A DNA stretch of 10,888 nucleotides from a virus (Duplodnaviria > Heunggongvirae > Uroviricota > Caudoviricetes). Position numbers and translations under genes: made by a program. Shown in pieces: positions 5,979 through 10,888 of this stretch (the stretch's first letter is position 1; the number at the start of each line of letters is the position of its first letter). The stretch lies in IMG/VR virus record IMGVR_UViG_2600254997_000025. One strand, written 5' to 3'. The notes under the pieces are model-generated. The model was given only the letters and a program-made list of their open reading frames with translations, did no database searches and was not told the origin of the DNA.

Positions 5979-6668
5979 TCATTTATTTTGTAATGCCGCA
6001 TCAAATCTGGTCTTGAGATCTTGGAATGGGATAACGAGTTTATCGATATAATCTTTATTATTATTTTGTAGAATTGCTTCAACAAAATCATTTAGAGGTG
6101 CATAGTTTTCTAATACTTTAGAATCGATAAAATCTTTATAGGACATACATTCAGCACCAATGCTAAGGCTTTCACCTATATACTTTTGTTCAAGAGATCT
6201 AATACAAGGAAAACCAATATCGTTCTCTCGTAGGGCTATAGAAATATTTTTGATTAATTCAGTTATTAACATTTCATCATTAGTTGGTGAAAATACAGAT
6301 GAATCTCTATTTTTCCTGAATTGATGTACCCAGCAAAAATATTGGCATAGATAGAATCTTGTACTATCAATATAATATTGATCCGACGATAGGTCATTGT
6401 GATCTTTAATATAACATAGCCTTCCTAAAAAACCATTTGCAGCACTAAGTAATGTTAACCCCCAACGTCCGATTTCAAGATCTCTTGCTTTTTTAAAATT
6501 ATAAGCACGTTCATCCTCTTTAATTCTCTGTTCACTTTCATATTTCAACTTATTTTTAAATGATTCTAACTCTCTTTTATCAATATGTTGTAAAAAAGCC
6601 TTACAAACAAATCCAATAATTGCAAATGAAATGCTTGATGACAAAATACCTTCCCAAAAGCTACTCAT
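5979..6668 (-). CDS. Small protein, 229 aa, with one predicted N-terminal transmembrane helix; third gene of the RT cassette (possible DRT1 partner / effector)
   Basis: ORF in track. Hydrophobic N-terminus FWEGILSSSISFAIIGFVCKAFL. The ATG (6668-6666) overlaps the TGA (6667-6665) of the nitrilase ORF, indicating translational coupling. AT-rich codon usage like the rest of the cassette. Confidence 0.65.
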   Translation of the reverse strand: MSSFWEGILSSSISFAIIGFVCKAFLQHIDKRELESFKNKLKYESEQRIKEDERAYNFKKARDLEIGRWGLTLLSAANGFLGRLCYIKDHNDLSSDQYYIDSTRFYLCQYFCWVHQFRKNRDSSVFSPTNDEMLITELIKNISIALRENDIGFPCIRSLEQKYIGESLSIGAECMSYKDFIDSKVLENYAPLNDFVEAILQNNNKDYIDKLVIPFQDLKTRFDAALQNK

Positions 6669-8512
6669 TTCTCACCTCGCTCTAATAGAGCATTATAGTC
6701 AAACCCTGGAGGATTGTGTTTAATAGTATCGGAGTTAATTCTGAATGAACGATATTGAGCCTCTCTCAATGCATATATATTTAAAGTAGTAGTTAGGATG
6801 CAATTGTTTTCCCCACCTTTTATATATATCTTATTTGAAATAGTGCTACTGGTCGGTTGTAGAACACAAGAACCGCCATAATGCGAAGTATTTGATTGAG
6901 CCACATAACAATGTAAATCCCGTGTCGCTGACTCAGTGATATGTTGATAATAATTTATATCTTGATTCCATACGCAAGCAAATAAAATATCCAACTGCGA
7001 ACGAAATAATGCTCTATGCTCGATATTAGCCAGTTCAAAACAGTTGTATGTAGAAAATGATACGTTTTTCCACTTAATCAAATGATACCGTTGTTTACTA
7101 GGTTTAGGAGAGGATATTTTTAACCTTAAAGAATTCAGCATCGTAATCTCACTAGGTGCGTAATGATTTTTCACTCGAAAAACTAACATACTGGATTTGT
7201 GTTTAAAGTTTGAAGTATAAGGCAGCATTTCAACCAAAATATTATATGCGCGTTCGTTAATAACCCAATGCTCTAATCCGAAAATCAAAGATATTTGTTT
7301 TCTCCTTGAATGTGCTGCCATAAAAGGTAACCACGACACAGGAATTGATAACTCAGGGAGTAGTAATATCTGCACATTTTCTTCAGTTGCCGAGTTGAGA
7401 ATACGATAAAGGTTTCTTTGCCGTTCATAACTTAAATTTGGAGACTGATCTTTTCTGCAAGCACTTTCAATATTACGACGTTCAACTCTCATATTTGCCA
7501 ACGCAACTTTTATTGTGTCATTACCACTTCTATCATCAATTCCTACCTTTATTTCAAGAGCTTTATTATCTTTTATCTTAGTAACAGAGCAATTTTTTAA
7601 GTGATGCTTATTTTCATGCGTAAACTTATGTAGTTTTCTTGTATGAAGAGCATCAATCAAATCGAAAAGCTGCTTTTCATCAGCATGAATATATCTAGGG
7701 GTTTTATTTAATTTATCATTATCAAGTGGAATACCATGCATCTTACTGTATAAATTCTCCTCAGTAAGATCTCCTTTATATTTAGTATAGTTAGCTAAAG
7801 GCCAAGACACTAGATTATGACGAATCAAATTACTGCTTCTAAATCTTTCAATTAGAACAGACATTCCATCGGACTGTTTAATTAAAGATTTCAAACCTTC
7901 CAAAGCTCTATTTTGTGGCTCTTTATCACCTAAAATGACATTTAAATCTAACAAAGCCAAATTCAAACAAAGAGAAATATCAATGTATTTCTGCATTCCA
8001 TTTTTAAGTTTTGGAGATATAACACTATCACCTTCCTTCCACTTCATTTTATTAATTGATTCTTTAATTTGTTTGTAAAAGGCGATTGAAAATCCATATT
8101 TTCTTGTAATTAATGTATACGATAGAACTTTCTCCCATAACCGACTGAACCTTAGAGAATTTTCACCTTTAAAAAACAGCGTTATTTGCTTTAAGGTATT
8201 CTCATTCGATGGAAGATTGCAAAGCCTATGAGCTAAGATATGTGATGATATATATTTTGATAATTCAGTTTCATTCTCTGCCAAACCTACAATACTTCTA
8301 AATTTATTTGCCGAACCATCAAGTAATATATCATAAGCAAATTTATCGAGATCGCTAGATATATGTTCTTCCGGTAAAAAACGAAATGCACTGCTTCTGT
8401 TCTCAATTTCTTGTTTGAAGACTTGTAAACCAGCCAAACTATGATCTTTATTGAAATAATGAAAAATCAATTTATCCTTTTGAATTGGTAATTCATGATA
8501 ACTCTCGGTCAA
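6665..8512 (-). CDS. Nitrilase (C-N hydrolase) domain protein; probably the C-terminal part of an RT-nitrilase fusion (annotated start is TTG)
   Basis: Nitrilase-superfamily catalytic triad context: Glu in ILLLPELS, Lys in LVFRVKNHYAPSE, Cys in TYNCFELANIEHR, plus HYGGSCVLQP. The frame is open 30 codons upstream of the TTG, back to the slippery heptamer in the RT gene. The first in-frame ATG is only at about codon 155. Confidence 0.8.
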   Translation of the reverse strand: MTESYHELPIQKDKLIFHYFNKDHSLAGLQVFKQEIENRSSAFRFLPEEHISSDLDKFAYDILLDGSANKFRSIVGLAENETELSKYISSHILAHRLCNLPSNENTLKQITLFFKGENSLRFSRLWEKVLSYTLITRKYGFSIAFYKQIKESINKMKWKEGDSVISPKLKNGMQKYIDISLCLNLALLDLNVILGDKEPQNRALEGLKSLIKQSDGMSVLIERFRSSNLIRHNLVSWPLANYTKYKGDLTEENLYSKMHGIPLDNDKLNKTPRYIHADEKQLFDLIDALHTRKLHKFTHENKHHLKNCSVTKIKDNKALEIKVGIDDRSGNDTIKVALANMRVERRNIESACRKDQSPNLSYERQRNLYRILNSATEENVQILLLPELSIPVSWLPFMAAHSRRKQISLIFGLEHWVINERAYNILVEMLPYTSNFKHKSSMLVFRVKNHYAPSEITMLNSLRLKISSPKPSKQRYHLIKWKNVSFSTYNCFELANIEHRALFRSQLDILFACVWNQDINYYQHITESATRDLHCYVAQSNTSHYGGSCVLQPTSSTISNKIYIKGGENNCILTTTLNIYALREAQYRSFRINSDTIKHNPPGFDYNALLERGEK

Positions 8513-8580
8513 CGTAAAGCCTTTCTCATCATTCGCTGCCTGTTTGATGAATCCATTAAGGGTTCGCTCTATGAATTTTA

Positions 8581-9540
8581 TTACTTCTTCACCTTTATCT
8601 TCTTTTTTAATGTCCGGGGATGAAAAACTAAAAGAATATCATCCACATAGCGACCGTAGTACGATGGATTAATTTTTGATTTAATATCTTTATCAAAACC
8701 CATTAAATACCAATTAGATAATATGGCAGAAGAAGTAAATCCAATTGGAATGCCTTTTGATGAAGGAGTTGAATGTGTCACACCAATATATGGAGATATT
8801 TTCTCTCTGTATTTTTGATGCATCAACCTCAATTTACTATTCAACAACATAGAAAGAGCTTTAATTTCTTCTAATTGTTCTTCGTCAATAATTCTATCAA
8901 TGGCATCAAAATCTATATCTATATTATAATAAAAACCCTTAAGATCCAGAGAAAGAATTGCAACATCATTTCGCTCTTTTTCTATAACTTCTATCGCTTT
9001 ATCGATACCACCATCTCGCCATTTATTATAATTATCAATGTATCTTTCAAAGATATTTTTTGAGGAGTTTTTTGGCGCATCGAAACTATTCTTAGAATAT
9101 TTTTTTATTACTTTTGATATTCTATTTCCATAAACCGAATCAGAAAACTTGTCATCTAGCATTGAACCAACAAAGATAGACCAGAGTGTTTCTATTAAAT
9201 ATATTTCAATAGGAGCAACGATCAAATAATTTACAGCACCTACTTTGTATTCATCTGATGTCTTATTATTACTTAAAAAAAGAGCTCCGCTCGTTTGCTC
9301 AATATCCAAATGGCTATCAATTATTTTTGGTAATAATTCAACATCAATTTTATTTAGCCACTCATTAAAGTTAATGTCATTATTATTTTCAAAAAAATCA
9401 ACCACTTTTTCTATTTTTTCGTCATAGAGAGAATCTTCAAATTGAGCGATTTCTTCCTTTAGGAAAAAATTTAAGTTTTCGTAGTAAGCATATGACTTAA
9501 GACAATTATATGCACTAACAACTATATCTTTTGTAATCAT
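8581..9540 (-). CDS. Reverse transcriptase (UG/Abi-type, defence-associated), 319 aa in this frame
   Basis: RT palm motifs: LSLDLKGFYYNIDIDF, GIPIGFTSSAILSNWYLMGFD (the GxPQG..S..L.N.YL-type motif) and YYGRYVDDILLVF (the YxDD catalytic motif). The ORF ends 6 codons after an A_AAA_AAG heptamer. Confidence 0.85.
   Translation of the reverse strand: MITKDIVVSAYNCLKSYAYYENLNFFLKEEIAQFEDSLYDEKIEKVVDFFENNNDINFNEWLNKIDVELLPKIIDSHLDIEQTSGALFLSNNKTSDEYKVGAVNYLIVAPIEIYLIETLWSIFVGSMLDDKFSDSVYGNRISKVIKKYSKNSFDAPKNSSKNIFERYIDNYNKWRDGGIDKAIEVIEKERNDVAILSLDLKGFYYNIDIDFDAIDRIIDEEQLEEIKALSMLLNSKLRLMHQKYREKISPYIGVTHSTPSSKGIPIGFTSSAILSNWYLMGFDKDIKSKINPSYYGRYVDDILLVFHPRTLKKKIKVKK
8602..8608 (-). other. A_AAA_AAG slippery heptamer at the RT/nitrilase frame junction
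   Basis: On the minus strand ACA TTA AAA AAG AAG reads A_AAA_AAG in the RT zero frame. A -1 shift here continues GAA GAT AAA GGT ... with no stop into the nitrilase ORF, exactly 30 codons to the TTG at 8512. Confidence 0.5.
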
Positions 9541-9631
9541 AACGCATCATTCCGTGTATAAGTCTGTTATAGATGAAAGTAAAACTGAAATTGATTAATA
9601 CCTAACAAAAACATACAGAAAAAATCAATTA

Positions 9632-10888
9632 TTAATATTTTTTTGCAAAATCAAATGGTGTTACGAAAGTCTCACGATTTGCTGATAGGAAATCCGCCCA
9701 CCATTGCATCATCAATCGACGTTCGTCCAAATGCTCTGAAGTATGGATATAAGCTGCACGAACATTATTGCGCTCCGAGTGGCTTAACTGACGTTCTATC
9801 GCATCATCACTCCAAAGCCCCGACTCCCCCAAAGCACCACCCGCCATTGTTCTAAAACCATGCCCACATACTTCCGTTTGTGTGTCGTAGCCCATAGTCC
9901 TGAGCGCATTATTAACTGTGTTTTCGCTCATAACTTTATTGGGATCATGATCACCGGGAAACAGTCTAGGATTATCTCCACTAAGCTTCTTCAACTCATC
10001 CAGCAAAGCTAGAGCCTGAGTGCTCAATGGAACAATATGTTCCTCTTTCATCTTCATCCCACGATAGGAGTAACGCACACCTTCGATTTCTTCACGCCGC
10101 GCCGGTATCCGCCAGCAGGCGTTATCAAAATCAAACTCATCCCATCGGGCAAATCGCATCTCACTAGAGCGAACGAAGGTAAGTAGAGATAACTCGACTG
10201 CAATACGCGTCATTTTGCGGCCACGATATGCCGCAAGGCGTGCCAGAAACTCAGGGAAACGGCTGGAAGGTAGAGCTGGATAGTGTCGTGCTTTAGTTGT
10301 CGATAACGCACCAGCCATATCGCTAGCCGGGTTCGAGTCGATATAATCGTTCTGTACGGCATACCGCATAATGGCCGTGACGCGCTGTTGCAGGCGCTGA
10401 GCGACGTCGTGTTTACCACTGACATCAACTTTTTTAATCGGGGCTAATAGGTGGCTAGTTTTGAGCTGGCGAATGTCGGACGAACCGATATGAGGGAAGA
10501 TATAAAGCTCAAGATAGCGAAGAACACGCGATCGATGGTCTTCACTCCAGCGCTTGTTACTGGCATGCCATTCGCGAGCAATGGTTTCGAAGGTATATAC
10601 CCCCGAATTCTCGGCCTGAGCTTCTTTCTGTTCGGCTTTTGGGTCAATGCCCTGCACTAACAGCTTTTTAGCTTCGTCGCGCTTTGCTCTTGCCTGAGCA
10701 AGCGTCACTGTAGGCCAAACACCAAAAGCGAGGCGATCCTCTTTTTTGTCAGAGGGGCGTCGGTATTTCATGCGCCAGTATTTAGAACCCTTGGCCGAAA
10801 CCTCGAGATACAAACCGCCGCCATCGGCCATTTTGTATGTTTTGTCTTTTGGCTTTGCGGTCTCGACCTGTCTGGCGTTGAGCTTCAT
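9632..10888 (-). CDS. int: P4-type tyrosine integrase (site-specific recombinase), 418 aa
   Basis: ORF in track. N-terminus MKLNARQVETAKPKDKTYKMADGGGLYLEV is typical of P4-family integrase arm-binding domains. C-terminal catalytic region with R (TFVRSSE), HGFR and the Tyr context VRAAYIHTSEH. The ATG sits at the last 3 bases of the window. Confidence 0.9.
   Translation of the reverse strand: MKLNARQVETAKPKDKTYKMADGGGLYLEVSAKGSKYWRMKYRRPSDKKEDRLAFGVWPTVTLAQARAKRDEAKKLLVQGIDPKAEQKEAQAENSGVYTFETIAREWHASNKRWSEDHRSRVLRYLELYIFPHIGSSDIRQLKTSHLLAPIKKVDVSGKHDVAQRLQQRVTAIMRYAVQNDYIDSNPASDMAGALSTTKARHYPALPSSRFPEFLARLAAYRGRKMTRIAVELSLLTFVRSSEMRFARWDEFDFDNACWRIPARREEIEGVRYSYRGMKMKEEHIVPLSTQALALLDELKKLSGDNPRLFPGDHDPNKVMSENTVNNALRTMGYDTQTEVCGHGFRTMAGGALGESGLWSDDAIERQLSHSERNNVRAAYIHTSEHLDERRLMMQWWADFLSANRETFVTPFDFAKKY

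Noticed and set aside
5653-6091. Minus-strand ORFs 5653-5862 and 5903-6091
   Set aside because: The first is antisense to psu. The second spans the cos site and overlaps the 3' end of the 229-aa gene in another frame.
8875-9427. Plus-strand ORFs 8875-9063 and 9245-9427
   Set aside because: Antisense to the RT gene in AT-rich DNA, with Ile/Phe/Lys low-complexity translations.
6665-9540. AbiK/AbiA/Abi-P2-type RT with a helical HEPN-like C-terminal region
   Set aside because: The downstream ORF shows a nitrilase-type Glu/Lys/Cys triad context (LLLPE, RVKNHY, NCFE), which fits RT-nitrilase rather than Abi-type architectures. This is unverified without a profile search.
8581-9631. Retron (RT with upstream msr/msd ncRNA)
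   Set aside because: Only about 90 bp of AT-rich DNA lies upstream of the RT before the integrase stop, with no long inverted repeats typical of msr/msd. The RT is followed by a nitrilase domain, which points to the UG/DRT class instead.
9643-10660. Four short ORFs inside the integrase gene (both strands)
   Set aside because: Alternative-frame or antisense ORFs within a well-supported 418-aa integrase.

Overview
This window reads as the integrase-proximal end of a P4-like satellite prophage from an enterobacterium, carrying an AT-rich cargo cassette that is a candidate antiphage system. The GC-rich backbone shows P4-like synteny on the minus strand: the N-terminus of an alpha-type primase (1-228), three small upstream ORFs, a CI-RNA-like antisense immunity region (about 1630-1945), an IS481-like transposase remnant (about 1957-3035) and vis/AlpA (3083-3349). 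A crr-like iteron cluster with two TGT-N12-ACA sites (3452-3828) precedes sid-delta-psu on the plus strand (3901-5808), followed by a P2/P4-type cos 19-mer (5942-5960). The cargo (5979-9540, minus strand) encodes a reverse transcriptase, a nitrilase-domain protein and a small membrane-anchored protein, then a P4-type tyrosine integrase (9632-10888). The cassette resembles DRT type 1 (UG1 RT-nitrilase) but is unusual: the RT and nitrilase parts are in different frames joined exactly at an A_AAA_AAG slippery heptamer. All assignments come from reading motifs and synteny by eye; no database search was run, and P4 gene sizes and consensus sequences are recalled from memory.
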